DNA from: Balanoglossus misakiensis
Lineage: Eukaryota > Animalia > Hemichordata
NCBI GenBank assembly: GCA_040954595.2
Contig: CM082597.2
Location: 1,810,422-1,874,421, forward strand
Length of the DNA: 64,000 nucleotides
Reading direction: 5' to 3'
In this document: positions 51,421 to 64,000 of the stretch, piece after piece
Numbering within the stretch: the first letter of the stretch is position 1
Layout of the letters: every line of letters begins with the position of its first letter
Translations under genes and position numbers: made by a program
The notes under the pieces: generated by a model
The model's database searches: none
The model's input: the letters and a program-made list of their open reading frames with translations, nothing else
Told to the model about the DNA's origin: nothing

Positions 51421-54400
51421 AAAATTACTCAACGCGAAAGAATTTCCGCAAAAATATTAGTATGCACGTGATGTCATCGCAGCTGGACAATAGATATGTA
51501 GATGATGAACACGTCACCTTCTCCATATTTGGAAATTCGTGCCAAGGGCAACTCAGGGCTTATTTGAATCATTTCGGCCCGTCCGAAAAAATCAGACAGC
51601 GAACGAGACAGTCTAGTGACCCCGTCTTGTCTCGTCTCACGGAGTTCCTTCGCTGCCCGCCGTCTAGAAACTAAGTATGTCGTATTTTCAGCTTAGACTG
51701 TCGTGGGAAATATTTCACATTCAGGTGGACAAACAAGGTGGCCAGTAGCGAGCCACTGTCCATTTTCTGTTCTGCCATTTGTAGACAGTTATCGAGGTGA
51801 CCCGCTTTTTAAAACAACTTTTCCCCGAGATTTCAAAAGCTTAGATCTACTATCGGATATAGACTTTTAAATCTCTTATACGGAAATGGAGTTCGGAACT
51901 CCGCATTTCGTCACGGTATACCAAAACCACGTACATCGGATGTTGGTAAATTAAATACGTAAATGTTACTTTCATTCGTCGTATATTACAACGTATATTT
52001 CGCAAAAGTTAGCTACATTTAATGAAGGCGACAGAGTAAAGCTGAGACAAGTTGTTGTATTTTGTAGTCGTGATACAAATTATTTCCCAAAGACTGATAA
52101 AAACATGGACATCATTTCACGCTCGAATTACGATGTATCGCTACATGTGAATGTGTTCAAACAAGAAAAAACACAAGAAATCGTGGAGATTCATTAATTA
52201 TGTGAACTGCGGTCCTCTTTAAATTGTTAACATCAGCAACGTGGTTCAGTCATGTAAGGCTAACTTGTACGACGAAACAAGGTCGAGGGGAACGTGGAAC
52301 GCGAGTTAGCGAACACCTTCGAAAAACGAGACAGTAATTCAATAATTTCAGACACAAATATTAGTGTCGATGGGGAGATGTCTATACTGGCTAGACAGTG
52401 CGTAAGAAATCTTAGTATAGCTTTAACGGGTCAATAGCCCACCCTACCAAAAACCAGACTAGTGTCTCGACTTTTAGAATGGCGAGTATTCGACAAAATA
52501 ATTCATCCCCGCCCACGTGTCTAATACACGGTGATAGACTACACGAGCAGGTCTGGTTTTGGTGGCTGACGACATTTTGGCACGGGTCGCGGATCGACCA
52601 ATAGTTTACCCTCCAATTGATACCTAATCCATACGCCCCCGCTTTCTGTAATCGTGTTTAAGAAAGAAGACCAGTCGCGCATGCGTTCAGCCCAGAGTGG
52701 TAAAAACATTACGACAGCCCCCAAGTATGTTTTATTGTGCCAGATTTCGGTTTCGGACGTTTTGGACTCTTGGCAACCCGGCCTGCATTTTGTTGTGTCC
52801 CCCAATCCGACTGACATACATTTAGAACTATTACCACATGTTCTTGGCATCCATGATTATGGAGTGATGCCGTCGATGTATGGCCAAGTTTCCGCCAGTC
52901 AGCTGAAAGAAACCTTTTGAACTACATCAGCTGTGACAGAGGGCAGCGGATAAAAATAGCCAGCTCTCGAAAAGAAAGAAAGCATGTCAACAATATGTAA
53001 CCAGCTTATAAGCCGGCGAACTTGTTTCAAACAAAACTCACTACACTGGGAATGGGGCATTTCGGATTTGATTGAGTTCAAGAGAGTTGAGAAAAAGTCA
53101 GAGACTGTCTCCATCAAACCTTTTCTCATATTTTGTTCATGCAACGCAACTTTAGACAGCAATTAATTGAAAGGTTCATGGGACCTGAAACTATCATTTT
53201 TCTGAAAATCTGGCCACGAGGCACGTACTATACCATAATTATAAAAATCTACTCTATTCACACAAAACAAATAACCCCCTAAGTGTTTGTCGCAAGTACG
53301 TCTCATGTTTCCTTTAAAATAACCGTTTCGGTCCTTATTTGCAGTTTCTGCTGAACACACGATAGGTTGGTCGCGAAACCACTTGTGCGATAAAATACAA
53401 TATGAGAAACTCGACCTTTCACCTACGCTATGAGAGTTTTCTTGTATTCACTTCTGTATCACGCGTTATCAAGACTCACATCTGTCTTACAGTTTTTACA
53501 CTGCAGATTAACAAAATACAAGCCCTACACAAGTGTCAATAAATTTATAATGAAAGGCAAAGGTGGTGACGCAAATATGATATTTTCGAGAAGACAGATC
53601 GTGGTATGTCGGAGCCTGGAAGACAATAGTGTGTTCTGCATCCTTGTCACTGCAGTCACCACTACTACAACCTCCGCCATCACTGCCATCGGCATATCAG
53701 CAACCATTTCGTTTCCACGGCAACCAATCAACACAAGAATGACACCATTAATGCAATATTTTTATCCCACCGCTCATTATCGCGACTTCACGCAGGATCT
53801 CAGTCAAGAGTATGCCCCCCCCCCCTTTCAGGCGATTATACCTACACTATCGCTTATCCACCACGTGAACAGATCTGTCGAAATAATAATTCACGTCGGG
53901 GCATGTACTAGAGATAATTAATGATTATCTGGGTAGACAAAAAATGAGTCATACACTCGTTTTGAAAACCAAAACAAGTTTTATGGACAACTCAATCGTT
54001 TGTGGTTTGGTGTGACATTTCACAGACCAAACGAATCGTCGCTGTATGCATTAAGAATTTTTTACAAAATGGTCTTAAAACAAGGTATATATTTATAATT
54101 AAAAACAAGTCAGTGAACGATTGGTTTTTGTTTTCTGTCTTTTTTGGTTTTAAATTTTCTTAAAATCATTAAAATACCAAATAAATATCATCATCTCCGC
54201 GTAGGCGTTTAGGATTAAAGCGAGCGCGCGATATCGATGAGTGGTTTAATCACAGATGCATCATACGAAAAGCCTTGACCGCGAGAGATCTTGGTCACGG
54301 CTCGCCACGACTCTCGATCCCGCTTCATCACAAATGCAAAGCAACGCTACGTGCGTTACGCGTTGACCTTGACCGTGAGCTAACTTGTACATGCTAGTAT

Positions 54401-54625
54401 ATGTGTCACCGGGCCGAGCCCCCCTCCTCCGCCTTCACAACGCAAAACGTGACGCCGCGGTTTCGTGTACACTTTCACGCGTTTGTTTTTAAAATCGGTT
54501 TACGCATCGACTTTATAGATAAATAATATATAGGGTGTTTTTTTTATTCTTCCGGTTTAAGCATCGGATAAATATCCGTGTGTTTAATAGCTTTCCTTTC
54601 GTTTAAATGTTTGTTTGTTTGTCTG

Positions 54626-54626
54626 T

Positions 54627-54681
<55 letters not shown>
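54626..54681. repeat. (TATC)n microsatellite
   Basis: Direct reading. Confidence 0.9.
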
Positions 54682-54682
<1 letters not shown>

Positions 54683-57267
54683 TTTAGTTACCAAAATATC
54701 TACCCACCTTTCCATCCATCCAAGCATCCATCCATCTACATGTATCTATTTTTATTGATCCATCTATCAATCAATCCGAAACCAATTCTTTAAGAAGCCT
54801 GTTGTTGAACTCTTCGTCGTTCACTTTACCATTCACCCTTGGTGTCCCAATCGTTGACCCGGGTTGTGGGAAAAACTGCCAAAGAATAGAAACATTTCAA
54901 CCAAATTATAAACTATCGAAAATAACATGTAGCGGTCATACGAAACAAATTTGTACAGCATGCATGTATGCCATGTGTGTAACACAGTGAAATCTTGTCC
55001 TAAAATAATTCTATCGACTGTGCTGTCGACTTTTCGTGGTTTTATCGCCTGCGCCCGCCCGACTTCCACGCGCCGATGTAATCGTATACAGCCGACGGTT
55101 GTCTGGGCGTGTCCGCGACAGGGTGCGCCCGATGCCCCCGCGGCCCGTCTCTCTCGATTCACCCTGGAAAGTGTCAAATTCTCGACGTCTGAAACGGTGG
55201 CTTACTCTGTCTGGAATCGTCGTGGACTGAACGCATTGACCTGGAAATTAAAGCGGCCGAATTCTCGTCAGAGAGATCGTGAACGTTGTTTTACAATGCA
55301 AGTGTTCACTTTTCTGAACCAATGCTGAGATAAATTTCAAACGCAAAAAAATAATTTATTAGAGTGAATTTCAAAATAAATATGTATTTTAATATTTTTC
55401 TTCATCTCAATCATGCATACTTCATCGAGAAACATTGCAGGCAAATACAACAGTCAACATTTAGATGTGCTCCAGTTTAGAACAAAATTACCCACAAGTT
55501 TTCATCAACACAAACAACCATCATTCACACCAGATAAAATATCTTCCATGAACATTAGAATATTCTTATTATTTTCAGTAACGTTTTATTCATATATCAA
55601 CATATATATATATACATATATTTATAATGTCATGTGTTAAACATGACACAAAGTGAGTTGTTGAAGCTAAAAACTTGAATGTTTCATTTTTGATGTTAAA
55701 ATAGCAGCCATCACCATAGTATTACCAAATTCCATATGAACATGAACTTGGGGGATAAAACATTCCCCAGATGGAAGTCTATCAACTGGGGGAAGGTCCT
55801 GCAAAGTTGGTCGCTCAAAATTCGGTTTTAAATTGTTGGCCAATGTATTACAAGTTGATGTTACTTATTTTCTGCCTTGAAATCTTTCTTCAAGCTTCTT
55901 GCAGAGAGTGTGTGTATTTGCGATACACAACACCCCCCTCGGCACCCATCCAAGACAACCCCTGTACACAATATAATGGTTCAGTCCAAGCACTGGACAT
56001 GTCCATTATATTGTTAAAATACTGGGGTCGTACATGGTTAAAAGTTTGGGTAAATGTTCAAAATGTGTTGGACCAGCCAATAAACAGCTGCAGAGGGTAC
56101 CCCCTACCAGAGAAATGACCGAGGCATAGATTATTTCGCCCACTATACGATTTTTTCCCAACCACATCAAAAGATAACAAAATCGTCATCGATTACATGA
56201 TTATATTGAAAATATAAAAAAAGATCCAAAAGAACAAATCTGACCGTTTTGACACTGTACAAGTTTATTCCATACAAAAATAAAAAAATTCTATCAATCA
56301 ACTGTCTTTAAATCTCCCATTAAACATCATTTTTACATGTTGATTTGAAAATACTCTTTCAACTAACTTTTAACTGAATACTTGTCTCTTTTCTACTCAA
56401 AACTCTAATAATAAATGTTGCAACTTGACATTAAATCTCTTGCTTCGATGCCCGCATCAAAAACATGATAAAAAATCTTCATATCTTTACAAGTTGTCTA
56501 GAACAGCTATTGAAAGTTACAAAGTCTTTACAAAAGCAATAAACAGTTACGAAATAGATAGACAAAAACTTCCAACAAAGTAAGTAGATGGCAAAAAATA
56601 ACAAAAACGGCTTAACAAATAAAACTTGGATAAACAAGGGAACAAAGTTGAACACAGAAAAAGAATGTTTTCTGTTCCCTTGAAGGAGTTATGCTGAGAT
56701 CCAGGTCAATAACTCTAAACAAGGGTCAATATTCTTTTATATCTCCCTGCAAGGAAATAAGTGTCTTTATCTGTCACTACACACAGCTGAAGGTTTTTCC
56801 CTCTCGATACAATGTTTCGTTTTGAAACTAGCACCGTGAAACATTTTATTTTGTAAATCCGAACTTCTCACACTGCGTCTGGGAGACTACACCTTAATCC
56901 GGTGCTGTGTCTCGTGACATTGCCAAGTGTGATTGCCTTTTCTCTGCCGCTTGATGGATCTTCAGTTCAGGCGGAGTGTTTCAACTCTCATTTGCCGTCT
57001 TGAGACCAGTACATGTGTCGTGCGTTTGATTGTCAATGCAGCTCGTGGCAGATCGACCATTACAGCATGGTCTGTTTTTGAAATTTGGTTTGGGGTTGCA
57101 CGTTACACGACTGGAGATCAGAGTTGACAGCAAGGTTGACTAACAATACAAGGATGCAGTTACAGCATCATTGGTTTTCAGGGTTCGTGTTATTGTTGCA
57201 CAGTTCCCGGTTGTTTGAAAGATTGTGAGGCTACAGGACAGCAACCTGTAACTACGGCAACCAAGAT

Positions 57268-60200
57268 CTACTCATCTTCCTTGTCCAGTGGCCGGACTCC
57301 GACCATCTGGTGGATCTCCTCGGGGGTGTATCCAAGAAGACTCTGCAGATCGCAGACAAAACGGTAGACGTACCGTTTGCCGGAGGTTTTGTGGATGATG
57401 TTTTTGTCGTAGTAGTAACGGAGACCACGGCTGAGTTTTTCGTAGTTCATCTTGGGCTTGTTCTTGCGTTTGCCCCAGCGGCGGGCGACCTCGTCGGGGT
57501 CAGAGAGTTTGAACTCCCAGCCATCTCCTGTCCAACTGATCAGATGTTGGCAGGCTTTATCGGTCAACAACTCTAGCAAAAACTGCCACAGTTGAATTGG
57601 TCCACTGCCTATAAATTAAAAAAAATACAGAAAACAAATATTTAATTTATATTCAAGACTAAGCATTGATGTAATTACTATGGTAAACAGTCCAAATCGG
57701 AAATTGCACATGTCTCATAAACACCAACAAGCAAACTTGGCTCTGCTTTTCTTTTTTAAAATCAAAACATTAAGAATCAGCAAGAAATAGTAAAAGAACT
57801 TTTTCTCACCTGAGTAGCCAGCCAGTACAGCAGCCTGGATGACGGGATTGGACGGGATCTCTTGACTAGTAGTGCTAGCCGGCGAATCACAACGCGGCAT
57901 ACTCAGCGTGCTGCTGAAACTACTACCGAGATCTGATTTGTCGTTGAGTGCCTTGGAGAGGGGAACTTGCTGGTATGTGCCGTTGAAGCTGCCATCAAGT
58001 GACACATCAAGACGTCCAAAATTTGCTGCAGAGACAGAAAAAGTGAAAAACTGTTAGTTCGGTCGCCATTTTTAAAACATCAAAATGCATGTCCATTGTA
58101 ACTTAAATCAGATGTTGCTTTGTGGTAAACTTATCATATAATAAAACACATTCACATTTTCTGAAATACATTCTCATTGTCTAGTTTACAATTTAATCAC
58201 TTTAGAAGATTTTTATTTTTATTCAGTAATACTTACTTGTATTAAGACTTTTTCCCTGGAATGTGATGTTTGGCTGAGGTTGGTGGTCACTGATCATCTG
58301 ACCGTAAAAATCTAGACTCTGGTTATCGCTGTAACTGGAACAAGGTGATGGTTCTTGACTGTAGTAGTCTGAACTGGTGTCTTCCTGTTTGATGTTCAGA
58401 AGCTCTTCAGCGTTTATGTCGTTCAGTGTCTGCAGGGATTCTGAGATTGAGGGGTAGATGGTGTCGGTGTATTGGGTCGCCGACGCGCTGGACACTGGCA
58501 CTGCTTTCGGCTGCTCTGGGTTGCTTCCGTATCCTGAAGAAAGAATCAATCAAAGCAGAAAAATGTCGTTAGACACACTTGCCATCTATAAATCACAGAC
58601 GTCGAAAAACAGCATTGAAAAAAAATTATATCTCAGGGTGGTCCGAACATTGGAGTTGGTACTGAACTAATCCAACCATGCAATTCAAGTATTCTGAAAA
58701 TTTTATTGAATTCTAGGTGGTCTGTGTTAATCCAAACACGCGTCATCGAAGCTGATTAAAATTGAAATGTGATTCTCAGGCTTCCTTTTTCTATGGTGTC
58801 TGTCCGCCCTGCATTTCATTACTCCAGTACAAGAGACCACCCAGTGAGAATTTTTGACTGGGTTTCATTGTGTGCCTATTGTTTAGGGTACACAGTTTAG
58901 AGTGATGTCGGATCTGATTTTTACCACCCCCTGCCCTATTCTTCTCCCTCACTCTCACTCTATCAACTTTATCGGTTGATCTGATCATCCAACAAAGAGA
59001 ACAAAGCCAAATTTGACGGCCTGATAGTTTTGTCCCTGGGCCACACACAGCTTTTTCATACAACGGTGGCTCTTTAACAAGACTGACGTCACTTCTGAGA
59101 AGCCAGCCCCGGTCACCCTTGTCACCGAGGCAACAGGATGATAGACAACAGCACCACTACACACGCTCACAAGCCAAGAACGTTGGCAAGGTGACCCACC
59201 TTTTGTGATGAAGTCTTCAAATTCTGGCATACATGTTGATTCATAGAAGCTGGCTGGGACGTGCTCCAGAGGTACATTGGTAGTGGTAGTTGTACAAGTT
59301 GCAACAGAAGTTGCCATTGACAATGCTTCATTGATCCTATCACTCTCTGTAATCAAAGACACATCACACAGGATTAAAAATTTGCTCTCAAAAAAAATTT
59401 GTTGGCTCTCAAAATGATGGAAAAGAAAAATTGTGTGACTAACATCAGGAAATTTCAAAAGCTAGTTAACAAAGACAGAAGCCTTACCTGTCTGTAACAT
59501 ATCAAGGTGTTCCCACAGGATATCTCCGGCAAATGGGGGCGCTCTTGAGAGGAACTCTTCTTTGGGCATGCGACAGAGTTCATGACCTCTCATGGCAAAC
59601 CTGGCGACCACAACACCTTCCAGACAGAAGTCACGGATCGCCCAAAGTAACCATCCAATAACATGGCTCTCCTCCCAACTGCGAGGATCTGGAAAAAGTC
59701 AGGGATACAAGACATGAGTATAAAATATTTCTAAGTTTCCCTATTTTTACTACCAAATGTAAAATTCACTTTCATGATACTTAAAAACTCTAAAATTATT
59801 TCCAAAAGTCGGATAAAACATGACAAACAAAAGTAAAGTCTCACCTTGTGGGATTCCTAGACTTTCCCTCTCTTTGTAGAAACTTTTGAAACTTTCTGTG
59901 ACACAGGCATTGACAAGAGCCTTGGTTCTCGGTGTTGGAGGAGGAACTTGAGAATGCATATCTGCTGTAAAAAATAAGAGAAGAGAGACGAAATGATTAA
60001 AAAGTTGCGACATTAAATCCATGTGGTTCAAAAAAGTCCTGATGTGTTTCAAAAAAGTCTGAAATGAAGAATAAAAGTTAGAACATGAAAATTCTAGTAC
60101 CAGTGGCCGTAGAGTCCATCCAAGAATTACACTTCGTAAAACAAGACGGAGTGGAATCCTCACGCTGGTAGAAAACGTGATAAGTTTTCCAGGCAGGTGA

Positions 60201-63200
60201 CTGACAATGGAGTAACATGGTCGGATACCAATGAAACCAGTAGAACCACAACAAGAGTGTGTGTGTGACCGGGTAACAAGTGTCTATGAACTCAGCAACA
60301 AGTTGGCGACTGTGTGATAAAGTGTGACTTAGCGCGGTGGTTGTCGGTTCCTATCTGATGTCTAATGAACTCACTCCAACTACCTATATATATAGCATAG
60401 CAGCCACAGGAAGTTGCCATTATGAATAGGCGACCAGCCAACCAATCACAGGCAACCAAACTATAAAGATATGCAAATTCTCTGGCCAATCAGATCCATG
60501 GATTACGATGTCACTGACCACTCTGGGGTCCTACTTCCTCTTGTTTGTGTCATTTTTTTTATTGACAATTCACACAATTATGGTAGTGGCTGATAACCCA
60601 CGAGCTTCTTTCAAAACAAACAGTCTGGTTTTCCGAGTCCTGCCCCCATCGATTATTCATATCACTTTGACTACTCTTTAAACTCTTCTAAAACTCTCAT
60701 GATTATGACCTAGCGGTCATTGCATCTTTGCTTAACACTTCATGCCTGGGTAAACACGGACAAGACATAGCTGATGTCAATAAACTCTCTCCTACTGGAT
60801 TAAAAATTCATTCCTGACCGAGCAGCTTTTCAAGATGCACCCAACCGTAAACGTCTTAACAAATTTAATCATTTTTAAGACTCTGGACAAACAGAATACA
60901 TTTTTGTGTCTCTTCACAGCGCACCTGTGTTGACAGGACATTGATTGAAAATTCCTTTTTCATTATCTAACATCTTCAGTAAACAAGAACTCACCAAACT
61001 TTACGATTTTTCACGACTTTCCATTCATAATATTTTCAACATTGTACAAATTTCCCCTCCAGCAATGGCAACTTTTTGTCCGGATGGATTCATTGATTGA
61101 CAGGTGACAAAGCAGAGATTGGCAATGCGCCAATTCTTCACAACTTGCCTTGAGGCCGATGACATGTCAACAGGACAAGCTAAATCTTTCAATCATAGCC
61201 GTCAAGAAGAGATACCGCTAAATCACTTTTATCACCAAACTTCGTGTGGGTGTGGATTTGTATGTGATCACATAAAACATACAAAACACTGAGGCATCGA
61301 GGGAGCCCTCTGGAGACCAAACATGTACAGGTTTTTCTACTCCTTCCCACAACCGCAGGTTACTGCCGTGAAAACTATAATCGCTTGTTTCCTTCTACGA
61401 CAGCAAAAACACCGCTCCTTGTAGCCGACCTCAATGTTTCAAAATCAATCGCTCACCACTGACTCATCTATCAGAAAGGTGAATGACCGGCTGGTCATTG
61501 CACCTTAGCCACACTAACCATGACAATGCACAAACATTAAAATAGGTTTATTTTTGGTGGGCGGATTATTCATAGGCTTAGGGTTGCAAAACAAGGAATT
61601 GACCCCCCTTGGACCATGAGAACGCTTGGCACAAAAACCACCTGTCCTCCTCCTCCTCCTCAAAAATAACCCTGAGATCAATTGTCACTTTCACTGTTTT
61701 TCACAAACAATAGTCTCCCTGAGGCACTTGCAAACTTGGCACCCAAACAAGACAGATTAGTCTCAGCTTGGGTCTTGAATTAGCTAAATGGTTACATGAT
61801 TCAAGTCCGCATTGTCTAACTCGAGTGGCTATTTTGAGAAAAACACTCCCACGTGTTGTTTGTCCAAAGTGACAACTTCCAGTCTACTTGCTACAAATAA
61901 ACATGTCGCAATTTTACTTATAAATCAGAATCTTGACTACAATGTTATCTTTACTCCAGTTGAAGTTTGTTACAGTTATGAATGCAAGTCCCACGCTCTA
62001 ACCAGAGGTAAAAGTCGGCAAAAAAAATGTCAACTGCAAGGATTTTTCCCTCAGCAGCCATCAACTTATTCCCAGATGGCTCATGTCAAGCAGGTCACAC
62101 TTCCAACTGGCTACTTTGCTTTTAGCTCGTTTTAGTGGTGGGATAATTGGAAGACATACCGCCACTGAAGTTCCAACTGCTGGTATGATGACACCGCCCC
62201 CTGTAGGTGGATACTGACACTGTCACATGGGACGTCCACCATTGGCCAGCCAGGACAAGTCATTAGCATATCAATGCTTCATTTACATTCAATGAACAGT
62301 GACATCATCAATGGTCTATTTGTCCCATGGCCATATAAGGCAATGCTACTATTCCGCAAACAATGGGTTGGGTCATATGGTTGATAGTGTCAGTCACAGG
62401 CCCCTTTCCTGATGAATGGATCCCGATACTCTGAACTTTGGTCCGACTTGGACAACTCGACAAGTTTGACAACTGAGACCCACAGATAACCTTTCCACAA
62501 ACAATTCCGCCTTGTTAACATTATATAGGTCTGTGTACAATTGAAGCTTGTTTATAAATGCTAGCCTCAAGGTCTACTGCCTTCTATTTACGACAACAAA
62601 ATAATACCTGAACACGACAAGAGATAAACATCACCACAAAATTACGAAACTTGAATGAAGTCTCAGTTTCCCTATTTTACAACAAAATCATATTTGAACG
62701 AAAATGATTTTCGTCAACCACATCATGGTAGCTGTCATATAAATGATTAATACAACAGAGGGGTAAGCCTTATCTCAGGCAGCAGGCACACTTACAACCG
62801 GAAGGAAAGGCTCTCTCTCTCCTTCTTTCCCTGGATACTAATCTCTCATTGCCAGTGGCCAGCTCAACTCCCCGATTACAACACAGATGATCTGAGCGAT
62901 AAGCAAAATACACACTTCCTGACAACTATTTTTAGAACCCAAAATCACCATATTCACTGAAAGATAAATTTCTGTTCTCCTTCAGAGGGTTGGAGGAGGG
63001 GTCTGGTCTAATCAAAACTGCCATGTATCCAGTTATGTTTCATTTATAATCTCTTTTAGTGAAACACAAACAGTTCTGAGTTTTGAATACTTGTATAGGC
63101 GGCCTGTGGGCGTATGACTTTAAACTGAAACTCACGACTGAGTGATTACACACCAGACCGAAAATCAAAACTAGACATCCGAGATTGTGTCTGAATGTGT

Positions 63201-63956
63201 CTAGAACGAGTCATGAGTGCGTGTGTTTTATGTGTCGGTGTATTTGTGTCATGTGTGTAGGGTTGGTGCAGTGGTTTCCTGTTCGGCTGGACATGTCTGC
63301 CACAAAACCCAGACACTAATTCTAAACACCTCCACAAAACAGACAGAGACTAATCACAACACTGTAGACAAACCTTGTTTTATGAAAAAAACACCAGCAC
63401 TGTAATTTTTTTATCTTTCTGTGATCAATTTTGTACCATTCAATCCTTAACCCAAAAAAATACTTCTAAATGTTCTCACAACGAAAACCTCAGAAAACAT
63501 ACAAAGTTGCCAATAATTTTCTTAGTAAGTCTCTCACTGAACAAATTAACAAAATCATCCACACCATCGCCAGACTGTTTTTAAACAATAAATAGTCATG
63601 AGATAAAAACCACAAGTTTGTTTTGAGAACTATCTGTGATTGAACTTAATCTCCCACTATCATAACTTATTACACGAACTTAAATAATTGCACAAACTAA
63701 GAATACAGCCAGTTAAACCAAAAACAAACAGAGTTTCCAAATATTAATTAAGAAACTCAAAAATCTAAAAACTTAGACATGGGATGGGGTGTGAAGTAAA
63801 ATAAAACAACAACTCACCGATTTGAAGTTCGTCGGGCAGTTCAAGTCCAGTTGGCACAACCTGTTGTGGAGTTTCCCTGTATAATGTGTAACTATCACAA
63901 TCTCCAAGCATACTGTTCAGTCTCTCAACTTCAGCTGCTAATTCACCCACAAAACC
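57268..63956 (-). CDS. ETS1: ETS1/2 (pointed-type) transcription factor with PNT and ETS domains; 5' exon(s) beyond the right edge
   Basis: Exons 63818-63956 (QQVVPTGLE), 59845-59964 (VPPPTP MAPK site, [16 protein letters not shown]), 59488-59688 (PNT: [17 protein letters not shown]...[13 protein letters not shown]), 59200-59346, 58237-58533, 57810-58025 and 57268-57608 ([18 protein letters not shown]...[35 protein letters not shown]). Symbol denotes the ETS1/ETS2 co-ortholog group. Confidence 0.96.
60364..60540 (-). promoter_or_regulatory. Candidate internal promoter in the ETS1/2 intron
   Basis: TATATATATA at 60385-60394 lies 28 nt upstream of an Inr-like TCATT (A at 60366). Also ETS site CAGGAAGT 60407-60414, CCAAT 60442 and 60486, octamer ATGCAAAT 60471-60478, and a second ETS core at 60533-60539. 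Confidence 0.55.
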
Positions 63957-64000
63957 CTATAATTGAAATATGCAAATAAGAGAGAATGTCACTGACCAAT

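Noticed and set aside
52440-53400. Possible transposon or gene remnant with several short ORFs
   Set aside because: Only a weak inverted repeat (ACCAAAAACCAGAC / GTCTGGTTTTGGT) and no transposase or other motif recognised.
54833-55328. 114-125 aa ORFs on both strands
   Set aside because: Explained by local GC richness; no homology recognised, and the splice-like sites would need a 41-nt intron.

Overview
Eukaryotic, intron-rich genomic DNA from an animal, most likely a marine invertebrate deuterostome (inference from gene content and protein sequences, not proven). Left to right: (1) a giant minus-strand gene for a secreted cysteine-repeat protein of GCC2/GCC3 (Ephrin_rec_like) type. It has a signal-peptide exon at 32484-32553, about 54 exons and about 4,100 aa in the window, runs off the left edge, and shows a ~690-aa higher-order repeat, a GC-AG intron and several RFX X-box-like sites. 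(2) An intact tRNA-Asn(GTT) plus a decayed copy ~0.5 kb downstream. (3) Two tandem three-exon NNMT/INMT/PNMT-family methyltransferase genes (+). (4) HAUS5 (-, 17 coding exons), with a U12-type minor intron and a nested antisense GNAT/glycine-N-acyltransferase-like gene. (5) An ETS1/2-type transcription factor (-, 5' end outside the window) that appears to lack the HI-1/serine-rich autoinhibitory segment and has a candidate internal TATA promoter with an alternative first exon. Also present are MITEs, microsatellites and a 62-bp minisatellite. Gene models were assembled by hand from splice signals and reading-frame continuity; no database searches were run.
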